64,000 nucleotides of DNA from Lepidodermella squamata (GCA_047495785.1 JBLDXI010000024.1:1798001-1862000); one strand, 5' to 3'. Shown: positions 11,287 to 23,310, counted from the stretch's first letter. Notes: generated by a model not told the origin, from the sequence alone. Numbers and translations are program-made.

Positions 11287-12570
11287 ATGGAAGAATCTCG
11301 CTCTGATTTGCCGTGTTGTGGCGGATGTTCTATTTCACCGAAATCGGTTGTCGAATGCGTTGAAAGTGCCATTTTGAAATTGGCCGATTTCAGCGACTCT
11401 GAAGTGAAGCTTACAGATATTCCTGACTTCGAAATTAGCACGGAGCTGATTCATGTTGTAAACGGCGCTTTCTGCTGCAATAACTACGTTTACGTCGGCC
11501 CTTTTAAAACTGCCGCACAGAAAACGGCATTTTACGAGGCGCTTCACCGCGAATTCGAACTGAAGAGCGAATCTCACTCTAATTTCCTCATTGAAGATGC
11601 TATTTTGCTATTCGAAGCCGCTCAAAAACGAAATTCGAGATTATTATCCCGAATTCTTGGCAAACCGTCCTTGCCGATTTGCAGCCTTCAAAGTTGTTTA
11701 TTGCAGGCGATTTGGAACTATTTTGACGAAGGGGTCGAATTATTGCTAAAACGTGGCGCCTCACCTGCAATTAACATGATGAGAGGCTACGCTGATACTC
11801 GACCGGTTCGTACGGTGATTCAAAATTTCGTCTTTTTGTATTCACAACGGAATCGAGCTAACAATGAGCAATTTCGCGAAAAATCAGCTAGTTTAACGAG
11901 GAGCTTAAAGCTTCTATTGAATCATGACAGCGGCTGCCTATTTTTACCGAATTCGGATGGGAATGACGATTTCAAGGCGCTGCAAGAGTTATATCGAGTT
12001 GCGACTTTCAGTCCTGAAGCTGTTGAAATGATGATTGAAAAGTCGAGTCCCTACTTCAAGTATGAACGAGATTTCGAATCTCCATTATCGTACGCCTTTC
12101 GAAATATTGGTCGAGACATCGAAAATAACCGTATTACGTTCAATATCGTCCGCGAAATTTTCAAACACGCAATATTGCCGTTGATTTTTGCTGGTATGAG
12201 GCAAAAACGAAACGAGGAATTTTGTGAGGATTTTTCGACGCAATACGGAGTTTTGTTTCGATTAGTCGGGGAGCAGTCGAGCGAATTATTCGGTGTGTTT
12301 CAAGAAATTGCGATTGAATCGCGAAGCTATCATTCGTTACCGCTTTTTGTCGAAAAACTTGTCTATGAAAATGAAGATGACTTCAATGCCGAGTTGACGT
12401 CTTTCCTGAGTCGATTTCCGAGGACGCTTGAAAACTCTGCGAGGCACGCGGTGCTAAGTTGTCTACCTTGCGGTCTGAAAAAGCGGCAAGAGGCTATTTC
12501 GAAACTGAATTTACCCACGTCTTTACAGAGTTATCTGAATTGCTCGGAATTCAGCATAATTTTTAACTGA
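11287..12570 (+). CDS. SOCS-box family copy 1 (subfamily A), intronless
   Basis: CCGGCSISP N-terminus, ankyrin-like VELLLKRGASP, C-terminal FPRTLENSARHAVL...ISKLNLPTSLQSYL. Confidence 0.8.
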   Translation: MEESRSDLPCCGGCSISPKSVVECVESAILKLADFSDSEVKLTDIPDFEISTELIHVVNGAFCCNNYVYVGPFKTAAQKTAFYEALHREFELKSESHSNFLIEDAILLFEAAQKRNSRLLSRILGKPSLPICSLQSCLLQAIWNYFDEGVELLLKRGASPAINMMRGYADTRPVRTVIQNFVFLYSQRNRANNEQFREKSASLTRSLKLLLNHDSGCLFLPNSDGNDDFKALQELYRVATFSPEAVEMMIEKSSPYFKYERDFESPLSYAFRNIGRDIENNRITFNIVREIFKHAILPLIFAGMRQKRNEEFCEDFSTQYGVLFRLVGEQSSELFGVFQEIAIESRSYHSLPLFVEKLVYENEDDFNAELTSFLSRFPRTLENSARHAVLSCLPCGLKKRQEAISKLNLPTSLQSYLNCSEFSIIFN

Positions 12571-12856
12571 TAGAATTCATTTTAGCCTGATATTCGCTTT
12601 TGTAATATAAGTGAAATTTATGTAATATTGATCCTTTCGAATACATATTTTTAATTATTCTGTACATGCTCAAACTCTGAATACTTTATTCCCATACTAA
12701 AATTGTTTTAGATTATCTTGAACATATTTTGCTATGTTCATAAAGTTTTAGTTTCTGCTTTTTTCAAGCTAGTAAGATTGCTCCTAAATAAAATGCTGTA
12801 AAGGCGTACTAAAATGTTACAAAATTCTACTTTATCTTTAGACTTTTCGCATTAAA

Positions 12857-14176
12857 ATGGAAGATATTTCTGAATCGCGTTGTTTCGCCAACTGCTCCAC
12901 GTCACCTAATCAACTTGTGGAAGCGATTGACTTAATTATGCGAGATTTTCTAGATCTTGCTGATTACGAAATCACGTTTCGAGATCGAATATTCGACGAG
13001 GAAGAACACGAGACTAACTGCATTTTGCAGGGATCACTATGCTCAGAAAACTACATATATGTTGGCGAATTTTCCGACTCGAATCAAGTTGGTGAGGTAC
13101 ACAAATTTATCCTGGGAAAATGTCGTGAGAAAAGCTTGAAAAGCCAAGAATTTATCATTGAAGATTCGATTTTACTGCATCAGGCTGCTGAAAATCTAGA
13201 TATGAATTCGTTAACTGATCTCATGAGGAAGAAGTCGATACCAAAATGTTGCATTCAAAGCTGTTTACTGGCATGCATTGCGTCGTTATTCGAGCCTGGC
13301 GTTGACCTTCTGCTGAAAAGTGGCGCTTCAGCTGTCATTAGTTTGAAAAAATTCGAGCCGAATACCCGGCCTATTAGACGCTGCATGGAACATTTTTATC
13401 CAGTTTTTAGCGGCGATGAAGCTGGAGTCGAGGAATTTGAGGCGAAACCACGCCAGGCTGTTCGAATATTACGACATTTACTGAGTCAGTCTGGTGACAG
13501 TTCTCCATTCCAACCAACTGACGACGAAAACGACGATTTTCAAGCGTTACGTGAAATTTATCAAATCGCTTATTACGATCACGAGGTTGCCGAATTAATG
13601 ATTGACAAAGCTGGTCCTTTTATAGCTAGTGAATCGCTTGAATTTAACACCCCGATCGGCTACGCTTTCCGCAATATTGGTCGAGATATTAAGGATGGGA
13701 ATAACGCGAGAGTCGATCGAATAATTAAAATTGTTGCCCATGGTGTTATTCCGTTGATTCGAGCGGGTTCGAGGCAAAAATCAAGCGAAGGATTTTCCGA
13801 ATATTTTAAACCTTACGGGTATTTAATTCGCTTTTTTAAGTTGAATTGCAAACATTTGATGTATTCGTTTCTCGATATCGTTATCGAATCTCGAAGTTTT
13901 AACGCTAAATCACTTGGCGTGAAAAGACATGTTATTGCTAATAGTGTCGATTTTAAGGAAGAGATGGCAATTTTCTTAAATCAATTGCCAGGCAGACTTG
14001 GGAATTTTGCCAGGCGTGCTGTTTTAAAACGACTTCCACTCGGCTTGAAAAATCGAGGTGACGCGATTTTGAAGCTGAATTTGCCACTGGAAATATCGAA
14101 GTTTTTGAACTTGGATGACTTTTCTGATGCGATAGCTTCAAAAATCGGTTGTCACCCCGAAGCTATCAGTTTTTGA
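12857..14176 (+). CDS. SOCS-box family copy 2 (A)
   Basis: 439 aa ORF collinear with copy 1; LPGRLGNFARRAVL...LNLPLEISKFL. Confidence 0.8.
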   Translation: MEDISESRCFANCSTSPNQLVEAIDLIMRDFLDLADYEITFRDRIFDEEEHETNCILQGSLCSENYIYVGEFSDSNQVGEVHKFILGKCREKSLKSQEFIIEDSILLHQAAENLDMNSLTDLMRKKSIPKCCIQSCLLACIASLFEPGVDLLLKSGASAVISLKKFEPNTRPIRRCMEHFYPVFSGDEAGVEEFEAKPRQAVRILRHLLSQSGDSSPFQPTDDENDDFQALREIYQIAYYDHEVAELMIDKAGPFIASESLEFNTPIGYAFRNIGRDIKDGNNARVDRIIKIVAHGVIPLIRAGSRQKSSEGFSEYFKPYGYLIRFFKLNCKHLMYSFLDIVIESRSFNAKSLGVKRHVIANSVDFKEEMAIFLNQLPGRLGNFARRAVLKRLPLGLKNRGDAILKLNLPLEISKFLNLDDFSDAIASKIGCHPEAISF

Positions 14177-14356
14177 ACTTCAATGAAATGCAATTTTAAG
14201 TTTTGTCTCCAAATAATTTTTATAAAATTGGCAACACGATAATGTTTAACTATAGCGTGAAGACTTGGAACGTATTAATTGACTTTTTCGCGTTTCGATC
14301 GGTTTATGTTTTTATGAACTTTCTACTGAAAACGTTGATACTAATTCTTATATATA

Positions 14357-15976
14357 TGTCGTATATAATGTGGATTTTTATCTAAAGTAGACATTAGATA
14401 ACTGCTCCCATCTAAAGTAGACATTACATATCTAAAGTATACTTTACATAGCTTATTATTATCTAATGTGGACATTACATATCTAATGTGTTCAAAAAAA
14501 CAGAAATAACAGAAAACATGATTTATTCGTTCGAAATCAATTTTTAGTCATGATTTTCACATTTCGAAGAGCCAGGGTGGCAACGGCTGTTGCACCGAAC
14601 TTCGCCTTTTAGACATATGCAGTTAGCGCCTCTTCCACTAGCAGTGCACGTCCCTTTGCAGTTACAATGGAGGTGTCCCTGGGTCCCAAACAAAAAGGCT
14701 TGACCATTTGCTGTTCTTAGCGATTTGAAGACCACGTCAGGCACCTCCTCAGGGGTCAAGACCCTCGCACTGCTAATTCGATAGCAGTTGGAGAAGTAAT
14801 GTCCTTCCAGCCGTCCTTTGCGAGTTCCTAGCGAGACGCTACCATCTTCGAATTGTTCAAGAACTACACAGACCAGACTTGGTAGATCACTCGGGCCTCG
14901 ATCGACTTTGTCAACTAGCAATGATACAGTGTCACCGACTTTGGCAATAGGCGCTAGCTTGGCTGCATGAGCTAGCATTTCTTCGGCACTTTTCTGTTGA
15001 CCAGTTGTAGCAGCATGATCAGCTTCGCTCCTCCGATTTTAGATTTCGTCGTTGTCAACTGGAACTGCGACTTCGTCATCTTCTTCCAGCAAAGGAGGCA
15101 GATCGGAGGGAGAGAGATCTTCCTCGCTCCAGACAGCCTTCTTCAGCTTGTCAGGCAGAATTTCAGCTGGACAACCGTTCCTGGGCGGGTACGCAAACAT
15201 AACCTCCTGCGGAGTTTTGTGTTCGAGATTGCGATGAGGTCGTGTATTCTTCTGATACTGAACGAATTGACACGCCAAAGGCCAGTTGTTGCTCTTGTTT
15301 TGCAACATCCAGGCTGAGATCATCGGCTTGATGTCTTCGTTGGCTCGTTCAACGCTACCCTGAGACTGGGGATGGCGAGCTCTTCCATTCACGATGATCA
15401 AACCAAGCCAGAGTTCCACCAGTTCGCGAATTATCTCATTAACGAACTCCCTCCCGTTATCGGAATGCAAAATCATCGGAAAGCCAACTACCGCCGCAGG
15501 TACGCCATACCATGTTCTGTCCACCGTGTCCAAGGTCGATGTGTGTTTTCGCGATAACTTCGAAGGCATCCTCGACAGTTCCAATGAACTGATTTTTGTC
15601 CGTCGGCCTCGCTTTCTTCTTGATTAGCCGATCTCGACCGCCAATTTCAATGACGGAGTACCTAGCTAGAAGGCGCCTTTGGTTGGTTGTCTTCGTCTCG
15701 GCCGCTTCGGCTTCCTTGACCGCCTCCATCAGAGCCATCAAGGTTTCTTCAGAGTGCCATAATGAGTTCGACTTTGTCACGCGCTGTGAAAACTCATCCA
15801 CAAAAGCGTTTTTAATTGTCGCCAGGTCGAATTGGTTTTCACCATCTAAAATGACATAAACCATGTAAAGTTAACTTTAGATATGTAATGTCTACTTTAG
15901 ATATGTAATGTCCACTTTAGATAGGTGTGGTCTATCTAATGTCTACTTTAGATAAAAATCCACATTATATACGACA
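14357..15976 (-). mobile_element. Defective Ginger-type (KRBA2/SCAND3-like integrase) DNA transposon
   Basis: TIR TGTCGTATATAATGTGGATTTTTATCTAAAGTAGACATTAGATA at both ends, TATA flanks, subterminal ~19-20 bp repeats; broken ORF with H..LGHGG, LHSDNGREF, RHPQSQGSVERAN and Cys-rich CNCKGTC...CNSRCH tail. Confidence 0.9.
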
Positions 15977-16029
15977 TATATACATTCGTTGTCGATTTAT
16001 ATAGGCGGATTATTTTATATTTCGTAATT

Positions 16030-17307
16030 ATGGATGCCTCAGCATGCTTTCGAAATTGCGGAGTCTACCCAGAGCAGCTTCTCGAAGCTGTCGTCAAGTT
16101 GATGGGTGATAATCCCGAATTCAAGAACATTTCAATCAACCATCACTACGAAGCACCTCGGGTTCTTAAGCCACCGTTTTACAGGATCTCGGGCTCTATG
16201 TGCAAAGATCACTTCATTTTCGCTGAATCTTTTATCGACGAAAATCAAATTGCATCATTCGATAAGTACCTCAGCAACAAATTTGCATTGAAAAGCGAGG
16301 AAAACCACGATTTCATCACCGAAGATTCAGCTTTATTACGTGAGGCCGCGACAAATAAGAACTTGAATTTATTGTCAAAAGTTCTTCAGAAAACGTCTAT
16401 TCCAATCTGTTGCTTGCAAAAATGCCTTTTAATTTGCATTTCCGTTTCATTTGAAGCCGGGGTAGTATTGCTATTGAAAAATGGTGTTTCACCCTCAAAT
16501 AGTCTCAGAAAAAATTGCCCGGAAACTAGGCCTATCCAGTCTTGTATTAACAGATTAACTGCGAAAACAACAGCTTTTCCTTGGGTTGTATTCTTTAAGG
16601 AGCAATCTCAAATTACAGCTAATATTTTACGAATTTTGTTAATCCAAGCTCATGAGAATTCATTTGTGCCCACTTTGGATGGGGACGATGATTTTCAAAC
16701 ATTGCAGAAAATTTACCTGGTCGCCTATTACAGCCCAGAAGTTTCTGAAGTAATGATTGAAAAAGTGAACCGTTCCTTTGATTATTTCGAAAACAGTGCC
16801 CTTGAAAGCCCTTTATATTTAGCTTTCGGAGCGATAAGTGGAGAAATTGAAGCCTGTAAGCATGAGGGATTTTTTCGCCCTGAGTCGGTTATCAAATTTT
16901 TTGTAAATGGCATAATTCCCCTCATACGATCAGGATCCAGGCTGAAAAAGTCGGAACCAATTTTTGAGCGATTTTTTCGAAATTTCGCGCCGATTTTACG
17001 ATTGATTAAAGAGCGCTATAATGAATTTTTGGAAATAGTCACCGAGATTATCATCGAAAGCCGTAGTTACGAATCACCTCCACTGAACGTCAAACAATTT
17101 GTGGTTGAGAATTGTGACGAATTTGAGGATGAAGTCATCGTTTTAGGGCCTAGATTTCCTAGATCACTTCAAAATTGCGCGAGGAGATCGATTTTGAAAC
17201 GACTACCTTATGGTTTAAAAAACAGAGGTGATGCTATTGCTGAGTTGAACTTGCCTACTGCTCTTCAGGATTATTTACGATTTCCCCAATTTGACATGTT
17301 GAAGTGA
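16030..17307 (+). CDS. SOCS-box family copy 3 (A)
   Basis: 425 aa; FPRSLQNCARRSILKRLPYGLKNRGDAIAELNLPTALQDYL. Confidence 0.82.
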   Translation: MDASACFRNCGVYPEQLLEAVVKLMGDNPEFKNISINHHYEAPRVLKPPFYRISGSMCKDHFIFAESFIDENQIASFDKYLSNKFALKSEENHDFITEDSALLREAATNKNLNLLSKVLQKTSIPICCLQKCLLICISVSFEAGVVLLLKNGVSPSNSLRKNCPETRPIQSCINRLTAKTTAFPWVVFFKEQSQITANILRILLIQAHENSFVPTLDGDDDFQTLQKIYLVAYYSPEVSEVMIEKVNRSFDYFENSALESPLYLAFGAISGEIEACKHEGFFRPESVIKFFVNGIIPLIRSGSRLKKSEPIFERFFRNFAPILRLIKERYNEFLEIVTEIIIESRSYESPPLNVKQFVVENCDEFEDEVIVLGPRFPRSLQNCARRSILKRLPYGLKNRGDAIAELNLPTALQDYLRFPQFDMLK

Positions 17308-18355
17308 TGATTGCTTTAATATAATTTTCATAGTGATATTTATTAATAGTTGCTAATATCTTACAGATGCGTGGAACATATTGTTTCTTTAATAAACTAC
17401 TTGGAATACAGTTTAGCATTGTAATGTCACGCTAATTTCGATTCTAGAATACAGGCGTAAACGAAACTATTCGGAAGAATAGGACCGCTTTTGCTATTGC
17501 TGGTAAGGCGAGAAATGTCTAGAAATTGCGGTTTAAATTACAAGTTTTTCGTCTGAGCAACGCGATGTTTCACTAAGTTGGCGAGAACATTAATTCTATG
17601 TCCACTGCCTTATAGATTTCTGTTGGCTTTCTGTTCACACTGAGAATGAGCCTAATAACGTGCTGCAGTTAGAGAACCGTGATGCTTCAGCCCGAGCTGG
17701 AGAGGCCAGATCGGCTGCCGGGACTTGAATCACTCCGCCTGATAGCTTTGCGAATTTTTGATACATAGGCTCATGTTTTTGGCTGGGTTCTATGAAAGTA
17801 TCTTTATTTTGCCATTGTTAGCAGTTAAATCGAAAAATATGTTACACGAGTTTACTTATTGGATAAGGAATTATATGCTTACGCTGACCTTGATTTGTGA
17901 TCATGCCGTGGGTTTAAATCGTAAAACTAGAAGTGAAGCAAAATAATGACATGGAGAATTAATGAAATGGAAAAGTCTTCCGATTGTTTATCCAAATTTT
18001 AATTGAACAAAAGTTAGGCGCCGTTAAATTGAGCTAAATTTATTATCTTGAAAAACCATTAAAAATTTATAGAAAATTGATTGAAAAATCGTTATTTTCC
18101 TTGTGCTTATGCAGCACATGTTTCAGCTCACATGATAAAAACTTCATTCTTTACCTTGCATATTGCTCGAATATTGCTTTGACCCCTGTTTTTATTGAAA
18201 ATGGAAGAATCTCTCGTTACCGTGTTTTGGCAGGTGCTATATGTCACCGAAAAAATACCAGAAAAGTGACAATTTACTATTCTACTACTACTACTACTAC
18301 TTCTACTTTTATAGATGTAATTTATATGAATTGGAAGTAATCAATTAAAGCAGTT

Positions 18356-19636
18356 ATGGACGACTCGGCATGTTTTCGAAATTGCGGAGCAACACCTGAG
18401 AAACTTCTCAAAGCTGCTGTCAAGTTGATAGCTGAAAATTCCGAATTCGAGAACATTTCAATTAACCTTCATTACAAAGTACCTCGAGATCTGACGCCTT
18501 CGTTTTACAGGATCATCGGCTCTATGTGTAAAGATCACTTCATCTTCGCTATAACATTCACCGACCAAAATCAAATTGAATCATTCGAAAAATACCTCAG
18601 CAGTAAATTCGCGTTGAAAAGCGAAGAAAACCACGAGTTTATCATCGAAGATACCGTTTTATTACACGAGGCTACAAAGAATAAGGACTTGAATTTATTG
18701 ACTAGAATTCTGTTAAAAAAATATATCCCGCTGTGTTGCCTACAAAAATGTCTCTTGAACTGCATCAACGTTTCATTCGAAGCCGGGGTGGAATTGCTAT
18801 TGAAAAATGGCGCTTCGCCCTCGATTAGTCTCAGGAGAAATTGCCCGGAAACTAGGCCTATCCGGTATTGTGTTGGCAGATTTTCGACTTCGACTCCAAT
18901 CGCTTTTCCTTATATTGTATACTTCAAGGATGACTCTCAGGTTTTGAACAATATTTTACGATTTTTATTTACCCAAGCTCATAAGAATTCATTTGCTCCC
19001 ACTTTGGATGGGGACGATGATTTCCAAGCATTGCAGAAAATTTACCTTGTAGCCTATTACAGCCGAGAAGTTGCTGAAGTAATGATTGAAATAGCAAGCC
19101 CTTACATGGGTAATTTCGAAACAAGTTCCTTGGAAAGCCCATTGTTTGTAGCTTTCTCGGAGATAAGTCGAGAAGTTGGTGCCGGGATGCGTGAGGGCTT
19201 TTTTCGTCCCGATCTGGTTATACAATTTTTTGTTAATGGCATAATTCCGCTCATACGAGCCGGATCGAGGCTGAAAAAGTCGGAGCCGATTTATACGAAT
19301 TTTCGACGAAAATACGCGCCTATTTTGAGGTTGATTAAAGAGCGCTGTAATGAATATTTGGAGATTTTCACTGAGATTATCATTGAATGTCGTAGTTATG
19401 AATCGCCCCCACTGAATGTCTGGGATTTTGTGGCTGAGAATTGTGACGAATTTGAGGATGAAATGGACGTTTTCGCGCCTAGATTTCCCAGATCACTTCA
19501 AAATTACGCGAGAAGATCGATTTTGAGTCGACTGCCTTATGGTTTGAAAAACAGAGGTGATGCTATTGCTGAGCTGAACCTGCCTACTGCTCTACAGGAT
19601 TATTTACGATTTCCCCAATTTGATCTGCTAAAGTGA
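18356..19636 (+). CDS. SOCS-box family copy 4 (A), recent paralogue of copy 3
   Basis: 426 aa, closely alignable with 16030-17307 including the 3' flank. Confidence 0.82.
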   Translation: MDDSACFRNCGATPEKLLKAAVKLIAENSEFENISINLHYKVPRDLTPSFYRIIGSMCKDHFIFAITFTDQNQIESFEKYLSSKFALKSEENHEFIIEDTVLLHEATKNKDLNLLTRILLKKYIPLCCLQKCLLNCINVSFEAGVELLLKNGASPSISLRRNCPETRPIRYCVGRFSTSTPIAFPYIVYFKDDSQVLNNILRFLFTQAHKNSFAPTLDGDDDFQALQKIYLVAYYSREVAEVMIEIASPYMGNFETSSLESPLFVAFSEISREVGAGMREGFFRPDLVIQFFVNGIIPLIRAGSRLKKSEPIYTNFRRKYAPILRLIKERCNEYLEIFTEIIIECRSYESPPLNVWDFVAENCDEFEDEMDVFAPRFPRSLQNYARRSILSRLPYGLKNRGDAIAELNLPTALQDYLRFPQFDLLK

Positions 19637-20005
19637 GGGTTTGTCGTTTTTTACTGTGATATTTATTACTCTTCATATTATCTTGATAAAATGCATGGAA
19701 CAGTTTGTTTCTTGAATAAATCATTTCGAACAATATTTTGATGTCACGCTTAATTTGATTCTTTTATATAGGCGTAAAAAGAGAGCAGGAATAATCTGCG
19801 TATAGGCGTAAATATAGGCGTAAAATATGACCGATTGCCATCGAAATAACACGGCTAAGGTGGATACTGTCCATTTTGGTTTAATGTAGAAGTCTTTCTT
19901 CTGAATTTCCTCTGAATTTTCGTTTAGTGCGTTTTTACCAAGATTTCATGCATTTCATCAAACGAGCAAGTCATACTGTAACGTGCTACACGAGTGCTCG
20001 AAAAT

Positions 20006-20080
20006 TGTCGTACCCGGGGTTGAACCCGGGCTGCCTTTCTGAGAAGGCACGGCTCTAACCTTCGAGCCACCATGGCCGAC
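20006..20080 (-). pseudogene. Degenerate tRNA-like sequence (tRNA pseudogene or SINE head)
   Basis: Minus strand has A box TGGCTCGAAGG, stem TGCCTT/AAGGCA, B box GGTTCAACCCC; loop sizes and acceptor stem are non-canonical. Confidence 0.5.
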
Positions 20081-20395
20081 ACACACTCAGTGTTCGCTTA
20101 CGCGGCTGTAAGGGGAGCTGGAGGGGAGATTGGAGGGGACTCGCTCCCTATACATAATTTGATTTGCGAGTACATATCAAGTGTTATGACTTGGGTCCTG
20201 AAGGGTTTGCTTTCGCAATTGTACGAACATTTTACGGGATACCTAATATTAATTTTGAATTATTTGCGAATGAGGAGATTGTTTATTGTGAGCTTGATAT
20301 TTTATAAAGTTGGCTTCTATTTTCGACGGGTAGATTTAATTTATCCTCGCTAAATACATTTCTAATACTCACATTGATATCCCGGAGCTAAGTAA

Positions 20396-21557
20396 ATGCC
20401 TTATAAGCCTTGGCAACAAGCTGTTTTGTGCAGTCGCCTGGAAGAATGGCAGAAAAGTGACGCGGTATCACGCGCTGCATTGAATAATATCCTGGCTGCT
20501 GAGATCGACGATCACTCGGAACGTGTTAGAAAGTGGTTCGTGAGAAAGGAGAATCGCGATGTTTGTACCGTCAAACAAAGGATCTCCCACCTGTCTCGAT
20601 TGGAAATTTTACGGTCTGCCTTCAAGTCCGATGCCCTTCCTTCTGCATCACTAGTGGAAGATTTGGCAAGCAAAACAGGTTTGTCACCGCGGCAAGTAAA
20701 GAACTGCTTTTGTCGCTGGAGCAGTAGCCAGGGCTTGTCTAAAAAAGGCTATATCAAGCGCAAAAAGGCTCCCAAGTTGAACGTCACACAAATGTTAAGA
20801 CTGGCTGATGAGTTCAATGCTTCACCCGTGTTGTCAGAGGAAAGGAAGCGTGAGATTGCTGAACGTTACTCATTAGGCTCGGGCCAGGCAGTGAATTTTT
20901 TCAAACTGCATCGCGCTAAGCTTGGAATTTCCAAGATCAGAAAGAAGTTCTTGTTTACTAGCTATCAGCAGAAAGAAATTGCAAAGGTTTGACTATTATG
21001 CTATAATTGCTTCTTGTGTCGAGTCTTTTCTAACAGGTTATGGCAGAATGTGCGAATCCTTCGGAGGAGCAAGTCATCCATCTTGCGAACAGAATTGGTG
21101 TACCTCCAGATAAAATCAATGACTACATAACCGGGCGTAGAAAGAGGCTTGCCGGGAAGGGGAAGATTGGAAAACAGTTCAAATTTAACCTCAAGCAGAT
21201 TGTTTACCTGCGGGAAGTAATATTTTTAAATTTGACCGTGCGAAATGAGACCTACTGATGGAAATTTTAGCAGTTCGACCTCAATAGGTATTTGCCAGTT
21301 GGAAGAGCGGGAGAGCTTGCAAAAACCCTTGAATGTTCTCCCACAAAGGTATCTTATTATGGAGTTGCCATTCCATGTTACATCGATGGAGGTTGAACTT
21401 TTCATTAGCACTGGCCGGGCATTTTGGAATTTTTCAAAAATTGTATCTTCAGGCTTAGACGTGAACATATTTATTGCTTTTGTATTTTTCGCAGGTGGCA
21501 AATTGGTTTATACTAGCACGAAGGCAGAGCAAAGCAAAAAAGCTAGCTTATGCGTAG
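20396..21557 (+). CDS. Five-homeodomain protein copy 1, 4 exons (20396-20986, 21038-21216, 21271-21348, 21495-21557)
   Basis: LEILRSAFKSDALPSASLVEDLASKTGLSPRQVKNCF plus four more divergent ~60 aa repeats; last exon supplies VANWFILARR. Confidence 0.75.
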
Positions 21558-22257
21558 CAGTTTGAATGCGTCGACGTTAGATCTGGGACTACTTGTGACA
21601 TGCAATTCTTTCTTGTTTTCTTACATGCTTGATATTTTACTTTCTTATTTTACTTGACATTTGAGCTTTGTTCTGTAGGTATTCTAATTATACGTTTCCA
21701 CGTTATTGGACGTTGATCTTCCCACTTTTCAGCTATGACCGATGGCTGATTACTGCTGATTGCTAGGAGAGGCCACCCTAAAAGGCATCGCTAATTATCC
21801 AGAAATCTGGACTGTTTGACCGAGGCAGAAATGAATCTGGTTACATGATGGAAAATGAATCTATCGAAAGGGATTTTATTCACTTGGATTGTAAGAGTGG
21901 GGTATTTGAGGATTTTTTAATTGATTTGTCAATTGATTATTAATTCTTATTTTTTATAGATTCTCCGCAAATTCGGACGATAATGCAATCGACGTTCCTT
22001 TGAAAAATCTGATGTGTATCGGGTCGATCAACTACACAAATTGCCGTAGATGATGGCTGAAACAATTGAGTTGAGGTATGTTCTTGATTCCATACATATT
22101 CCACAATAGAGCTTGGTACTATTCGCAAACCATGCGGTTTGGTTACAAAGCTTTAGATGAATTGACAGGATTCAACACCGCTGCCTGAAAGGCTAATGTT
22201 GGCTCGACCCAGACTTGCCTGACCAGCTCTTGTAGTGACTGAACGTAATCAACCGGG

Positions 22258-22429
22258 CAGCGGCGTAACTAGGTCTACCAAACTGGTGGGGCCAGCACAT
22301 CTTTTCTACGTATTTGCGGCCCCGAATTTTTCAGACCACAGGGTCCCCCCTGTTGTACCCTGAGAGTATTTTTCCAGCTGGTGGGGCCGGTGCCCCCCTG
22401 GCCCCCCCCCCCCCTTAGTTACGCCCCTG
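22258..22429. mobile_element. hAT-type MITE, 172 bp
   Basis: TIR CAGCGGCGTAACTAGG / TTAGTTACGCCCCTG, 8 bp TSD CAACCGGG. Confidence 0.85.
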
Positions 22430-22579
22430 CAACCGGGTTAGGGCTAGTCTCCGCTGTGATGGAGCTGGAAAGCCAGTAATTTGGCTGTGGCTGAGACATT
22501 TCAAATATCACAAAAATCTCAATAAATCGATTCCTTATATCTCTCAAAGAAAGAACAAAATTTCTTCAAGAATTTCTTT

Positions 22580-23290
22580 CATGATCGGCGTACCGAAATT
22601 AACAAGAGCGGCACAGACACGTACAATTTTCGAAGATGATGCCCATTCAGCTCTTTCGAAATAATGCTAAATTTTGAAAGACTTCAGACGTTGAATAGCG
22701 CGTTAAACGTGGGCGTGAGTACAAGCAACTCTTTTGATTCTTATAATTTGTAAGTAGCTGAACTGAGAAGTATCGGCAAAAGTCGGAACGGTGTAACTTC
22801 CTTGAAACTTTGTAGTGGTGACCGGATGTTAATTTAGGCTCAAAGGTACATTCTACATTCGACAATTTTTTTATCCGTATTTATACCTGGAAAGCACGGC
22901 GAGATTAAGGTTATAACTACAGCTGGTGAAATAGCAGCGAGAACTTTCGGTGTACAAGAACCACGGTAATTTAAATTTACTACTTTTTTCAGACCTCGGT
23001 TTGTTCTCGGCTGGTCACACACAAAGTCGGTCAAGAATAATGGTAAAGTGGGTCATGTTAAGCTTGAAAGATCCAGGCAAACCGTCATCAGTATTGCATG
23101 GGAAAGGAGGAGGTACTTAATTCAGTTACTAGAGAGCCGAGAGAATCATCAAAAACGGGGGAGAAAATTTTCGAAACGGTGCCACTGGTAGTATCGAACA
23201 AATTAGCTAAATGATCCAAGTGAGGACCGTGATGCATATTCATCGAAAATATGCACATTTGGTCTTGGTTGGGTAGGCTTGCGTCCATTT
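22580..23290 (-). mobile_element. Decayed ISL2EU/Harbinger-like (DDE_Tnp_4) transposase
   Basis: Fragments HLANLFDTTSGTVSKIF (HTH), VITLISPCFPGINTDKKIVE, HV*RAIQRLKSFKI, IVRVCAALVNFGTP in the expected order, with stops and frameshifts. Confidence 0.65.
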
Positions 23291-23310
23291 CGTTTAGTGA
23301 TCAACCACCG

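Noticed and set aside
14370-14490. CRISPR-like short repeats
   Set aside because: Subterminal tandem repeats of the Ginger element, no unique spacers, eukaryotic context
18283-18306. (CTA)n tract
   Set aside because: Ordinary microsatellite
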